Assembly (NCBI GenBank): GCA_910579055.1
Contig: CAJTSU010000008.1
Coordinates: 1-46,412, forward strand
Source of the DNA: an uncultured Mailhella sp.
GTDB lineage: Bacteria; Desulfobacterota; Desulfovibrionia; Desulfovibrionales; Desulfovibrionaceae
Length of the DNA stretch: 46,412 nucleotides
Direction: 5' to 3'
Both the position numbers and the translations under genes were made by a program. Below, piece after piece: positions 10,144 to 20,094 of the stretch. The stretch's first letter is position 1; every line of letters starts with the position of its first letter. The notes beneath the pieces were generated by a model. That model made no database searches, had not been told where the DNA came from, and saw only the letters and a list, made by a program, of their open reading frames with translations.

Positions 10144-11556
10144 ATGAACAAACTTTTACGTCATACCGTTTCCGGGCTCGCGCTTGCGCTGATGGCCGCA
10201 AGTGCGGCCCAGGCAGCTGCAACACTGCCGAATTTTGTTCCCTTGGCGAAAAACGCCGGCCCCGCTGTGGTCAACATCAGTACGGAAAGAGAAGTTGTCG
10301 GCCGCATGGGCGGCATGTTTGAAGGTATGCCTCCCGGTATGGAACGCTTTTTCGAGCAGTTCGGGCCGTTCCAGGGGCAGCAGGGGCCGCGAACCCGCAA
10401 TGCCCTGGGCTCAGGCTTCATTATTTCGAGTGACGGCTATATCGTGACCAACAACCATGTGGTTGAAGGCGCTGATAAAATCTATATCAATCTGGAGGGC
10501 GATTCCAGCAAGGCTCATTCACTGGAAGCCAAACTGATCGGACGCGATCCGGAAACGGATATTGCCTTGCTTAAAGTGGATAACAGCAAGCCCCTCCCCG
10601 TGCTTCCTTTTGGCGACTCCGATCGTCTTGAAGTCGGCGAATGGGTCGTAGCCATCGGCAACCCCTTTGGCCTGAGCAATACTGTCACCGCCGGAATTCT
10701 GAGTGCCAAGGGCCGTGACATTCATTCCGGCCCCTTTGACAACTTCCTGCAGACAGATGCCTCGATCAACCCCGGCAACAGCGGTGGACCGCTGATTAAC
10801 ATGGACGGCGAAGTCATTGGCATTAACACCGCCATTGTAGCGAGTGGTCAGGGTATCGGTTTTGCCATTCCCAGTAATCTGGCAATGAAAATTGTCGAAG
10901 AACTGAAAGAAGGCAAGAAGGTCAGCCGCGGTTGGATGGGTGTCGCCATTCAGGATGTGGACGAAAATGTGGCCAAGGCGTTGGGTCTGAAGGACGCGCA
11001 GGGCGCGCTCATCGGATCCGTCACCAAGGATGAACCTGCGGATAAGGGGGGGCTCAAGGCCGGCGATGTCATTGTTCGTGTAGGCAAGAATCCCGTGAAG
11101 AATTCTGCCGAGTTGCTGCGCCGTGTTGCGGAACTCAAGCCCGGCACGGAAGTTACCGTCAGCGTGATGCGCAACGGCAAGGAATTGCAAAAGAGCGTTG
11201 TGCTTGGCGAGCGTGCCCAGAGCGGTATTCGACAGGAAGAAAGCAAGGCGGAAAGCGGCATCGCCCTCGGCCTGAACATCCGTCCGCTGACCAGGGAAGA
11301 TGCGCGTTCCCTTGACTTGCCCGCCGATACCAAGGGCCTGCTCATTGTCAAGGTGAAGCCTGGTAGCCCGGCCGAAAAGGCTGGCCTGCGCTCCGGCGAT
11401 GTCATCCGCTCCGCCAACCTCAATGAAGTGAACAATGCTGAAGAACTGCGCGGCATCCTGGAAAAGGAAGCCAAGGAACGTGGCGCGGTCATGTTCCAGG
11501 TTCTCCGCCGGGGCGACAGTTTCTTCGTCACCGTACCTTTCGCTACTGGTAAATAA
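10144..11556 (+). CDS. degP: Do/DegP-family periplasmic serine protease with two PDZ domains
   Basis: Signal peptide, GSGFII, TNNHVV, TDIALLK and TDASINPGNSGGPL. GAGGAG RBS. Confidence 0.93.
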   Translation: MNKLLRHTVSGLALALMAASAAQAAATLPNFVPLAKNAGPAVVNISTEREVVGRMGGMFEGMPPGMERFFEQFGPFQGQQGPRTRNALGSGFIISSDGYIVTNNHVVEGADKIYINLEGDSSKAHSLEAKLIGRDPETDIALLKVDNSKPLPVLPFGDSDRLEVGEWVVAIGNPFGLSNTVTAGILSAKGRDIHSGPFDNFLQTDASINPGNSGGPLINMDGEVIGINTAIVASGQGIGFAIPSNLAMKIVEELKEGKKVSRGWMGVAIQDVDENVAKALGLKDAQGALIGSVTKDEPADKGGLKAGDVIVRVGKNPVKNSAELLRRVAELKPGTEVTVSVMRNGKELQKSVVLGERAQSGIRQEESKAESGIALGLNIRPLTREDARSLDLPADTKGLLIVKVKPGSPAEKAGLRSGDVIRSANLNEVNNAEELRGILEKEAKERGAVMFQVLRRGDSFFVTVPFATGK

Positions 11557-11601
11557 GGCTTATCCATCCTGAAGAACGGGGAGTTTTCTTCCCACATGAA
11601 T

Positions 11602-11635
11602 AAAAGGCGACCCTCGGAAAGAGGATCGCCTTTTT
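11602..11635 (+). terminator. Intrinsic terminator after degP
   Basis: AAAAGGCGACCCTC-GGAAA-GAGGATCGCCTTTTT hairpin with a U-tract. Confidence 0.8.
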
Positions 11636-11640
11636 GATTA

Positions 11641-11831
11641 GGCTCTGTCATAGCTTCCGCGGCCTACTATACAGCGGGGGGGGCGTCGCGAGCACTCAAT
11701 GCCCGCAAGCCCGAAGACTCGGCTAACGGGAACGCTGCTCGGCCTCCAGGCTCGTTGCGCTCGCGCCTCCGGCGGTCAAGGGGCTCGACCTGCTCACAAT
11801 TTTCGGGGCTGCTGACAAAGTCAGCAACCCC
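11641..11831 (-). repeat. Repeat family A-related element
   Basis: 11743-11781 is the reverse complement of 22481-22519 at 37/39 nt. The element ends in the hairpin GGGGCTGCTGAC-AAA-GTCAGCAACCCC. Confidence 0.75.
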
Positions 11832-11839
11832 ACGTTGGA

Positions 11840-11965
11840 TACTTCATATTCAATGTTAAGATCGCGTCGCCGAAAGCGCGGTTTCGGCGAGCGAACCCGG
11901 CTGTACCGCCGCGCCAGGATTGCGTCTGCTGGCCAATAATCTGAAATATTTTATGTTACGGATTA
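11840..11965. repeat. Repeat family B, copy 2
   Basis: Colinear with 361-512. Its right-end TA overlaps the stop codon of the OmpA-family gene. Confidence 0.75.
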
Positions 11966-12622
11966 CTGGTATTGCCCTGTGGGATTGATACGTACTTCTA
12001 CACGACGATTCTGCTGGCGGCCAAACTCGGTGTTGTTATCGGCTATGGGAGAATTTTTGCCATAGCCGATTGCAATGATTCGGGAGGGGGCCACGCCGCT
12101 CTGTACAAGAGCATTTTTGACGCTCATGGCTCGCTGCTCCGAAAGAGTTTGATTATAGGCCGACGAACCGCTGCTGTCGGTATGGCCTTCAACACGGATG
12201 GTGGTCTGCGGATAGCTGTTCAGCACCTGGGCTACCCGGTTCAGCTCGTTGTATAGCCCCGGGCGGATGGCGTCCGAATTTACATCAAAGGTCACATCGC
12301 TTTTGAAGGTCAATGCCAGCATATCGCCTTCACGCTGAAGAGCTACAGCCTGGGAGGAGGCGAGAGCCTGCCGCATCTCATTTTCCTGCCGATCCATCAT
12401 GCTGCCTATGCCTGTGCCGGCCATGCCTCCGATAACTGCTCCGGCGGCAGTGCCTATCAGGGTGGATTTTGTATTACCGCCGATAATTTGTCCGAGAATA
12501 GCCCCTGCCGCCGCGCCGCCTGCGGTGCCATAGGCAGCGCCTTTGCCCGTGTTGGAGTAATTGGCGCACCCACTGCCGATCAGCAGAGACAGTGACAGTC
12601 CGAGAACGTAAATCTTTTTCAT
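11963..12622 (-). CDS. OmpA-family lipoprotein with glycine zipper (YiaD-like)
   Basis: Lipobox GSGC, Gly-zipper repeats, and OmpA-C motifs VEGHTDS, YNQTLSEQRA and NRRVE. Confidence 0.92.
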   Translation of the reverse strand: MKKIYVLGLSLSLLIGSGCANYSNTGKGAAYGTAGGAAAGAILGQIIGGNTKSTLIGTAAGAVIGGMAGTGIGSMMDRQENEMRQALASSQAVALQREGDMLALTFKSDVTFDVNSDAIRPGLYNELNRVAQVLNSYPQTTIRVEGHTDSSGSSAYNQTLSEQRAMSVKNALVQSGVAPSRIIAIGYGKNSPIADNNTEFGRQQNRRVEVRINPTGQYQ

Positions 12623-12819
12623 GGTGTTGTCCTTTTTTGTGTCATGGGGTTAAAGGCTGCAAGGTGGATTTTACACGATCCTTATAAAAGGATTTGCTTT
12701 AACGCGGAACAATCCTTCTTTGTCCTTTTGAGATACAAAACTCAAGAGAGAACATAAACGGCATGCAAAAAAACGCAACCTTCTCGTTCACGCAATCCAG
12801 GGTACAAACGCCTTCCCGC

Positions 12820-12848
12820 TTGACCGCTCCGGGAACTCCCCGTATTTT
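12820..12848 (+). promoter_or_regulatory. Putative sigma70 promoter
   Basis: TTGACC-17 bp-TATTTT, about 35 bp upstream of the small ORF at 12883. Confidence 0.4.
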
Positions 12849-12882
12849 ATCCCAATATTCAGCACATGGAGGAGAGGAGCAC

Positions 12883-13107
12883 ATGTTGAACATGAAATAT
12901 CTTGAAGAACTGGAAGATTATATGAAGTCCGGCAATTTGGAGGAGGATTTTAAGTGGTCCACTGAAGAACGTCGACAAGAGTTGCTGGAATTTCTTGAAA
13001 AGTTGATGGATCTTGGCGAGCTGGCTGATGCCACGGCCACCGCAGTTATTTTCAAGGGTTCTCAGCTGGGGGCAATGTTCGGCAAGGCGGCCACGGAACA
13101 AAAGTAG
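12883..13107 (+). CDS. Small acidic helical hypothetical protein
   Basis: Strong RBS (GGAGGAGAGGAG) and protein-like composition (KYLEELEDYMKSGNLEEDF...). Its 3' end overlaps rsmG convergently. Confidence 0.75.
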   Translation: MLNMKYLEELEDYMKSGNLEEDFKWSTEERRQELLEFLEKLMDLGELADATATAVIFKGSQLGAMFGKAATEQK

Positions 13108-13760
13108 CGGGAATCGCGTCCTACGCGATACATTTGGGTATTTTCCAGTTCCCATCCGGACGGCAGGAGATTCCTCTCAAGCGGATCGCGCGTCATAAAC
13201 AGGACGTGGCCTCCGCAGTACAACTTGTCTGTCAGAAGTTTCAGAACCTCCCTCCAAGGCATAAAAGCGCGGCTTAGCACCAAATGTGCCTTACGGCCCG
13301 GCATAAATGCCTCTACTCGGCCGTGAAAGGCATGGGTGCGCGGCAGAACCAAACGGGCTAATACGGTGGAGAGGAAAAGAGCGCGTTTTTCTCGCGCTTC
13401 CACCAGCCAGTACTCGCCTCGTTGCCAGAACATACGCAAAGGTATGCCCGGCAATCCCGCGCCCGCTCCGAGATCCCATATTTGGGCATCATCCGCCCCA
13501 TAGTTTGCAGCACAGCGCTGAGCCATGTCTGTCTGGTTTTCCAGATACCGCGCGAGATGAAGACTGTCTGAAACCAGAGATTCCAGACATGTTTCCCATG
13601 AATTCGCGCCGACGAGGTTCATCACACGATTCCATTTCATGAGCAGCTCAAGATATTCTGCAAGTTGCTGAGCTTGCCTTTCTGAAACGCTGAATCCCTG
13701 GTCGTCGCAAAGACGCGTTACCGCCTCGGGTGTGCAAGGGGCGATGGCGCGACGTTTCAT
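13062..13760 (-). CDS. rsmG: 16S rRNA m7G527 methyltransferase
   Basis: Motifs KWNRVMNLVG, DSL, DLGAGAGLPGIPL, EAREKR and SRAF. Confidence 0.92.
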   Translation of the reverse strand: MKRRAIAPCTPEAVTRLCDDQGFSVSERQAQQLAEYLELLMKWNRVMNLVGANSWETCLESLVSDSLHLARYLENQTDMAQRCAANYGADDAQIWDLGAGAGLPGIPLRMFWQRGEYWLVEAREKRALFLSTVLARLVLPRTHAFHGRVEAFMPGRKAHLVLSRAFMPWREVLKLLTDKLYCGGHVLFMTRDPLERNLLPSGWELENTQMYRVGRDSRYFCSVAALPNIAPS

Positions 13761-14542
13761 CGGGGCGTTTCCTTTGTTTGCACTTCCTGAATCCAACGCT
13801 CATGCCAGTCGCAGATATAGGCTACAATTTCCTCATGTTCCGCCTTACCGTTGCCCGCAATGGAAACAGGCGCTCCAAATCGAATATGAACAGGGAGTTC
13901 CGGCCGGATCCAGCCGATATCCTTGATTATGGTTCCCGTACCCCATGCATCTGTTTTCAGGGCGATGGGGACCACCGGAACTTTTGCCTTTCGGGCCAGC
14001 TTGACGCCCAGGCTGCTGAAGGCTCCAGAATCCACGGTATGAGAACGTGTGCCCTGAGGAAAGATAATCACCGAACGTCCTGAAGCGAGGTGCCTGCCGC
14101 CTCCGTCCAGCACGACATTAAGATCCTCCCGGGGATTCTTACGCCCCACCACCAGAGGATCACGAGATTTGAGCACAGGACCGAGACACGGGTACTTGAG
14201 TAAAGAACCTTTCACCACAAAAGTGACATCACGGATGGGTTGAATGATGCAGGGCAGAAAAAAAGTCTCCAGAGTGCTCATGTGATTGGCGACAAAAACG
14301 CAAGGTGACTCCAGTGCGGTGATATGTTCCACTCCTTCAATATGCAGTTGTGCACCCGTAGCCTCAAGGGCATCTCCTACCTCTTGGCTGCTCTGTACCC
14401 AGTCATCTCCGGTATAGGTTCCGTTACGGGCGATACGTCCGGCTCTTGACAAAATACCCGCCATCAGGCTGTAAAAGCGCAGGGAAGGAAATGCGCAGGA
14501 TTGGATTTCCGAAGTATGGTAATTACGCGCGTATTTGAGCAT
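13757..14542 (-). CDS. plsC: 1-acyl-sn-glycerol-3-phosphate acyltransferase
   Basis: ANHMSTLE (HxxxxD/E), IFPQGTRS and VPVVPIAL. Confidence 0.88.
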   Translation of the reverse strand: MLKYARNYHTSEIQSCAFPSLRFYSLMAGILSRAGRIARNGTYTGDDWVQSSQEVGDALEATGAQLHIEGVEHITALESPCVFVANHMSTLETFFLPCIIQPIRDVTFVVKGSLLKYPCLGPVLKSRDPLVVGRKNPREDLNVVLDGGGRHLASGRSVIIFPQGTRSHTVDSGAFSSLGVKLARKAKVPVVPIALKTDAWGTGTIIKDIGWIRPELPVHIRFGAPVSIAGNGKAEHEEIVAYICDWHERWIQEVQTKETPR

Positions 14543-14570
14543 TCTTTGCCTCCCGTCAGTTTGGCAGACG

Positions 14571-15805
14571 TCAGGATTTTTTTTTCGGGGGAACAGGGCC
14601 GCTGCTGTTCAGACGTTTTTTCCACCACATGGCAAGGCGGGGTTCCTGCCCCAGTTCTTTGGCTTGGTAAAAACGGCGGACAACTACTTCGGCCGGCAGA
14701 TATTCCTGCGCGACCCAGGCCCCTGTAAAGTTATGCGGGTACTGGTAATCTTTACCATATCCCCATTCTTTTTGCAGGCGGGTGGTGGCATTGCGCAGGT
14801 GAAGCGGCACAGGTTGCGGACCGCTGTTTTTGATTTCCCGTACGACATTATGCCACGCTGCATAGGTCGAATTGCTTTTCAGCGCGAGCGAGAGATAGAC
14901 AACTGTTTCCGCCAGAGGAATATACCCTTCCGGCATGCCTACAAATTCCACAGCCTGCTGACAGGCCACGGCCAGAGGTAGAGCGGCAGGGCCAATCCGA
15001 TGTCTTCGGATGCAGAGAGAATCAGACGGCGACAGATAAAGCGCGGGTCCTCGCCGCCCTCGACCAGACATGCCAGATAGTAAAGCGCCGCATCCGGGTC
15101 GCTCCCCCGGATTGATTTGATCAACGCGGAGGCAAGTTCATAGTGGTTGTCTCCGTCCTTGTCATGCCGGCTGAGAATTTCCGGAAGGTTCTGGCGCACC
15201 TCATTAAGGCTGCGTTTGTCTTCCGGCATTGATGCTACATATTCAATGAGGTTAAGCAGGGTGCGAGCGTCGCCATTGGAAACGCCGGCAAGAAAACCCA
15301 GCACATCATCATCAAGATCTGCGCCTTCTTTTTCCGCACCGCGCTTTGCCAGTGTAACCAACTCTTCTTTGAGCAGAGGGCGCAGCCTGAGCACATGCAG
15401 ACGTGACAAAAGCTGCCTTGTAACACTGAAAGAAGGATTTTCCGTGGTAGTGGCCAACATGGTGATTTCGCCGCTTTCCAGTAACGGCAGAAAAAAATCT
15501 TGTTGTGCCTTGGAAAAACGGTGAAGTTCATCTAAAACCAGAATATCAACACCGTTGAGCTGGCGTCTGAGCTGTTGAAGCCCGGCTTCCGGGGCGCTGA
15601 GCCTCAACACCGTCCCCCCGCGGGCTCTGGCGAGAAGCAAGGCCAGCGTAGATTTGCCGCATCCGGGTGGGCCGAACAGCAGAAGACTCGGCAGGCGAGG
15701 TGCGGAAAGCAGGGACTTGATGCGCGCCGCCAGGTGTTCCTGTCCGACGAAAGCGGCAAAGTCCTCCGGGCGCAGACTTTCGGGAAGGGGTTGGGATACA
15801 GACAT
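14571..15805 (-). pseudogene. rarA: Replication-associated recombination protein A (RarA/MgsA), frameshifted near 14990
   Basis: One frame carries the AAA+ part (FGPPGCGKST, LDELHRF, ATTENPSF, KSIRGSDPDAA, SEDIGLA). The C-terminal part (AVEFVGMPEG, KSNSTY, VPLHLRNA, GYGKDYQYPH, YLP) is in another frame. Confidence 0.85.
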
Positions 15806-15893
15806 AGGGGCATCCTGCAAAAAAGATCGTCACGCGAAAAAAAGCAATGTAGATGATTTTCGTGTCACTGCAAAGATGCCTTAATTTCACACA

Positions 15894-16622
15894 TTAAATC
15901 AATGAACTTTGGCGGCTCCACCAATGCAGCCCCAATGCCATGAGCGCAGCGCTTTCCCAGCGCAGTACCCGCGGCCCCATAGTTAATGCCTCGAAGCCGG
16001 CACGCTGCAGAAAATCCACTTCCCGGGAGGAGAGTCCTCCTTCCGGCCCCACGACACAGAGGGTCAAGCCCGGTTTGGCAAGCCGATCTTCCGAGAGAAA
16101 TGCCTGCGCCTGATGTCCGCTTTCTACCAACACCTGTCTATGGCTCACATCACGGGCTGACTGAACAAGTTCTTCCATTCCGCCGGAAAGCGTGCGTAAT
16201 TCAGGTAACCAAGGATTATGGCATTGCTTGGCTCCGGCTATCAGCTGGGCCTGCCATTGTTGACGAATGTCCTTCGGGACAGGAAACTGACTGCGTTCGG
16301 CCTGCCAGAACCACAACCCGGCTGCTTCCAGTTCAACGGCCTTTTCCAGAATCCATCCCCGTCGTGCAGCTTTACCCCATCCTGCGGCAAGAATAACGCC
16401 TGAAGCAGGGCGAGGATGCGTCAGTTCAGAGAGCTTTTCCAGCAAAACCTGCCGACGCTGAATTTCAGCAATACGAAATTCACCTTCTCTTCCCGCGCCG
16501 TCGAGGAGCAAAACTCTTTCCCCCACCGCCATTCGGAGTACATGGGAAAGGTGGTGGGCTTCCATTCCTTCCAGAATGAAAGGCTCTCTCCATGCGTCCG
16601 GGGGCAGATAAAAGGCATGCAT
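15894..16622 (-). CDS. rsmE: 16S rRNA m3U1498 methyltransferase
   Basis: Motifs EAHHLSHVLR, LEKAVEL, VGPEGGLS and GPRVLRWESA. Confidence 0.93.
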   Translation of the reverse strand: MHAFYLPPDAWREPFILEGMEAHHLSHVLRMAVGERVLLLDGAGREGEFRIAEIQRRQVLLEKLSELTHPRPASGVILAAGWGKAARRGWILEKAVELEAAGLWFWQAERSQFPVPKDIRQQWQAQLIAGAKQCHNPWLPELRTLSGGMEELVQSARDVSHRQVLVESGHQAQAFLSEDRLAKPGLTLCVVGPEGGLSSREVDFLQRAGFEALTMGPRVLRWESAALMALGLHWWSRQSSLI

Positions 16623-16637
16623 AAAGAGTCCTTACAG

Positions 16638-18392
16638 CTATAAAGAGATGGGAGCGTTTCCCTGATGGCTCTTGTGAATACTGCGAAATTCGTCCAATAA
16701 CACGACCAGCCTGCCATATTTGCGGCGAAGTTCCAGGCCTGCGCGAGTCAGATCCTGCTCTGGTTTTTCAATATAGGTCTTGCGCAAATACCGATCATTC
16801 AACATGGCCTCCGTGTGGTGGATGGCTGCTGTGACAAGCTCATCAAAATACACGGAAATTTCAAATTTCAGGTCTTGTAGAACGTCAATAGCGGCTTGGA
16901 GCATACCATCATAGGTGAGGCGTTCACCCTTATAGTTGCGTGTCCGGATCTCTTCAAGGTTACGTACTTTTCGGGCCTGCTGAATGTACCGGTAACGCTT
17001 GAGCACTTCCTGCCGAAGTTCCGCCAGTTCTCCGTATTCTGCAAAAATATCGTCATTCCGTAGCGAATCGAAATAGTTGTCCAACACTTTACTGGCGCTG
17101 GCGAAAAATTCGTCGCCGTAGCCAATAACCCTGCGCTGATGCTTGGTCAACCAGGCATACAGAAATTTCAGCCGCTTTTCTTCTGTATCGGTATTCTCCA
17201 CGATTTCTGTTCTTTTGTAGACAATACGACCGGAAAATTCTCCGCGGGCAATATCGTTGAGCCGAAGGATGAAACTGGAGGAATCGCGGGTAATGTTCAA
17301 TCCGGTAATAAGTTCACCCGTCAGCGGATGGATGACCTGCTGGGAAAGCACGGAAAGGGCACGATCCTGGCGGACATTGTCCGGATCATAGGCATGTTGG
17401 CGGTAGACCAGGCGTAAAATGACAATGCGATTTTTCTCATCAACAAAGGCTTTGCGTTCACGCAGCGCCTCAATGACATCTTTTTGATCCTCATCAACGC
17501 GCACCAGCGCGACTTTTTCGACTCGGGGGTATCGGGAGGCATCACCATGATTCCAGATAGTCGTCAGAACACGATCAGACTGACCCAGTACACGAATAAG
17601 AAAACGTTCTCCGATTTTGTGCAGTTTACGGGCGAACAGCGCCGCAGAGGTACGACGTTCCGAAGCGATGGGAAAACCGTATAACTCCATGAGAAATTGC
17701 ATGACAAAGATGCGATTGCGTTCATAAAGATCATTATCGCCTATCTTGAATTTGCTGATGCGCAAGCCAAAACGCTTCAGTTCTCCATCAATATCAGAAG
17801 GAAGAGAGGCAAACACTCCAGATAATTGAAATTGCCCAAAAGCATTTTTGCCGAGAACATGGGCGCGATCCATTTCCAGCAAATAGGGCAGCAGCGCAGG
17901 ATACATCTCCAGCACCGTAAAATCCTGACGGGAAAAGAGCTTGCGAAATTCTTCATGCCGATTACGCGGAAGCCGTGCCAGCATGGTCTGCATGTTGGCA
18001 TTGACGATATTTTTTTCCAGCGGACAGCATGGCCCTTGCGCCATTTCCAGAAAGTCCCCTATCGGGTGCAGTATATCATACTGGAACATTTCGCTGAACG
18101 GCAGAAGAGGGCGATCAAAGACAACAAGTGAAAAGCCGGGCAGGCCGTGATATTCGTAAGGGTCAACTTCAAAAGAAGGCAAAAGCGCCCTGGCGTCCAC
18201 GACCGGGTACTCTTTCCATTCCGCAAAAGGGCGCAACAAAGCCTGCCTGATATGTACCATATCAAGAAACGATTTCAGCTCAACCAGCGTCGTGATGGAA
18301 AGAGCTTCCGCCATAAAAAGCTCATCTTTTTCAAAGGGCCACGGCCCTTTGGAAAAACATTTTTTCCAATCCACCACCGTTTGATTCTCCAA
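16638..18392 (-). CDS. Large hypothetical protein (584 aa)
   Basis: Long ORF, apparently co-operonic with rsmE (15 bp gap). No motif recognised. TTG start uncertain. Confidence 0.8.
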   Translation of the reverse strand: MENQTVVDWKKCFSKGPWPFEKDELFMAEALSITTLVELKSFLDMVHIRQALLRPFAEWKEYPVVDARALLPSFEVDPYEYHGLPGFSLVVFDRPLLPFSEMFQYDILHPIGDFLEMAQGPCCPLEKNIVNANMQTMLARLPRNRHEEFRKLFSRQDFTVLEMYPALLPYLLEMDRAHVLGKNAFGQFQLSGVFASLPSDIDGELKRFGLRISKFKIGDNDLYERNRIFVMQFLMELYGFPIASERRTSAALFARKLHKIGERFLIRVLGQSDRVLTTIWNHGDASRYPRVEKVALVRVDEDQKDVIEALRERKAFVDEKNRIVILRLVYRQHAYDPDNVRQDRALSVLSQQVIHPLTGELITGLNITRDSSSFILRLNDIARGEFSGRIVYKRTEIVENTDTEEKRLKFLYAWLTKHQRRVIGYGDEFFASASKVLDNYFDSLRNDDIFAEYGELAELRQEVLKRYRYIQQARKVRNLEEIRTRNYKGERLTYDGMLQAAIDVLQDLKFEISVYFDELVTAAIHHTEAMLNDRYLRKTYIEKPEQDLTRAGLELRRKYGRLVVLLDEFRSIHKSHQGNAPISL

Positions 18393-18612
18393 TCCCGATG
18401 AGATGCTTCAATACAGAAAAAGCAGTACTTTTAACCATACACTAATCTTGAAAAGAATTACCATAAACGATATAAAAAAGCCAGAGTTTTTAGGGCCATT
18501 TCTCTTATTCCCTGAATCTGCCCCTTGCGAATTCGGCTGGCTTCCCCCATACTTGTTTCAAGTATAAACTGTCCCGGTCAGAGGGCAGGATGAATTTTTG
18601 AAAACATGAATC

Positions 18613-18756
18613 TGGAGCAATTTTAAAATGAAATTGTTCAAGGAGTCGAGCGTATCGAGATACCGACGCTCTGCCGGGGTACCGCAATTCTCTTGCGACG
18701 TGTTGTCTGGTGGGCATACCGGCAGAACCGGCGGATCAGGGTTCCGAGTTCAGGCC
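18613..18756. repeat. Repeat family C (TAGAGC-type palindromic MITE), degenerate copy
   Basis: Begins with the palindrome TGGAGCAATTT...AAATTGTTCA, then GGAGTCGAGCG...CCGCAATTCTCTTGCG. This matches the adjacent unit. Confidence 0.65.
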
Positions 18757-18926
18757 TAGAGCATTTTCGTTTTGAAAATGCTCCGGAGTCGAGCGAAGTG
18801 AGACTCCGTCGCGACGCCGGAGTAGCCGCAATTCACTTGCGGCGTAAAGCTACGGCGGAGGCGTGAAACCTGCGGGTCAGAACATAGGGTCTGGCTGGCA
18901 GATAGTTTCAATCGCAAAACGCTCTA
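18757..18926. repeat. Repeat family C MITE, TA-bounded copy
   Basis: TIRs TAGAGCATTTTCGTTTTGAAA and TTTCAATCGCAAAACGCTCTA (16/21). Internal hairpins GGAGTC...GACTCC and GCCGCAA...TTGCGGC. Confidence 0.75.
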
Positions 18927-19000
18927 AACGTTGCGGCCCAAAATTTGGATCCTGGCCGGCAGATATTGTCAATCGCAAAATGCTTAAAAACAGGCTGATT

Positions 19001-19996
19001 ATGTTCGGCAGAACCCCCTTGGAATCCTTGCTTGCTATTATAGCAAGTGTTTTTGACGCACACTCTGCGTTACTCTTTCTTCCTGACTCTTCTGAAAAAA
19101 CACCGGCGGTCGTACAATTGCGTGTGTTTTTCAGTTTAAGTGACGACATAAATGGCGAAGCGAAGGCTCTTCCCGGACAAAACCTGCCGGGCTGGGTGGC
19201 TCATAATCAGGCCCCTTTACTTGTCAATCCGGAAAATGAAAAGATGCGGCCGGGCTACTACCGCGATACAGCGGGAAGGCATATCCGGACATTCATGGGC
19301 TGTCCTGTTCAGGGAGGAGGAGTGCTCTGCATAGACAGCAAGAAAAAAGATGCTTTTGCCGAGTCAGAACAAAAACTTCTCCATCTTTTCGCGTTATTTA
19401 TCCCCCAGTTGTTGGAAGACGGAAAAAATATTCCTGCGGCATCTGTGGTTGAAGAAGCCGAGTATTTCTGTTCTTTATCCAGGTTAGAGTCCTTACGGGC
19501 GCAAGGAACCTCCTGGTCGAATCTTTTGCGTGTTACCCTGACGCTTCTTGTGGAAGACGGAGGCTTTGAACACGCGTTTCTGGTCACACTTTCAGAAGAC
19601 GCCGGCAGTTATGTGCTTGAAGATGAATTCCCCCAGGCTCAGTTGCGTGAACAGATAGGGAAACGTCCTTTGAAGAATGGATTGCTTGGGCGGGCTTTTC
19701 TGGAAGGCAAGGCTTTCTTTGTTGACCCTGAACGGCCTGCACCGTACAGCGGCGGACTTTGGGGAGAATTAAACGGATTGCCGGTGTTTGCATCGTTTAT
19801 CTGTCTTCCTTTATTACTTGACGGCGGGTGCTGCGCCGTGTTGTGTCTGGCCAATTCTTGTTCCCGCCGTTTCAGCAATGAACTTTGCCGCTTTGTCCGG
19901 CTTGTCGGGGACAGTCTGCAAACTACGCTGGAAAAGATTTCCTTAAAGTATCGCTTGAATTCTTTGAGAAAAAAACTGAGGGGTGGTCGGATTTGA
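19001..19996 (+). CDS. GAF-domain protein (tandem GAF-like)
   Basis: GQNLPGWVAHNQAPLLVN, FMGCPV..GGVLCIDS and a second GAF-like segment (FICLPLL...AVLCLAN). The longer ORF start lies inside the MITE and is probably spurious. Confidence 0.8.
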   Translation: MFGRTPLESLLAIIASVFDAHSALLFLPDSSEKTPAVVQLRVFFSLSDDINGEAKALPGQNLPGWVAHNQAPLLVNPENEKMRPGYYRDTAGRHIRTFMGCPVQGGGVLCIDSKKKDAFAESEQKLLHLFALFIPQLLEDGKNIPAASVVEEAEYFCSLSRLESLRAQGTSWSNLLRVTLTLLVEDGGFEHAFLVTLSEDAGSYVLEDEFPQAQLREQIGKRPLKNGLLGRAFLEGKAFFVDPERPAPYSGGLWGELNGLPVFASFICLPLLLDGGCCAVLCLANSCSRRFSNELCRFVRLVGDSLQTTLEKISLKYRLNSLRKKLRGGRI

Positions 19997-20094
19997 TAGC
20001 CGAAATATGTCTGCTCCGGCGGGCCAACGATTTCAGAGCATTTCACCGTTAAGAAATCAAGCCCAAAGAGGCTGTTTTTCCTTATCTGTAAAGG

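Noticed and set aside
14939..15071. Programmed ribosomal frameshift in rarA
   Set aside because: There is no slippery heptamer at the junction and the conserved Asp codon is missing, which fits a deletion better.
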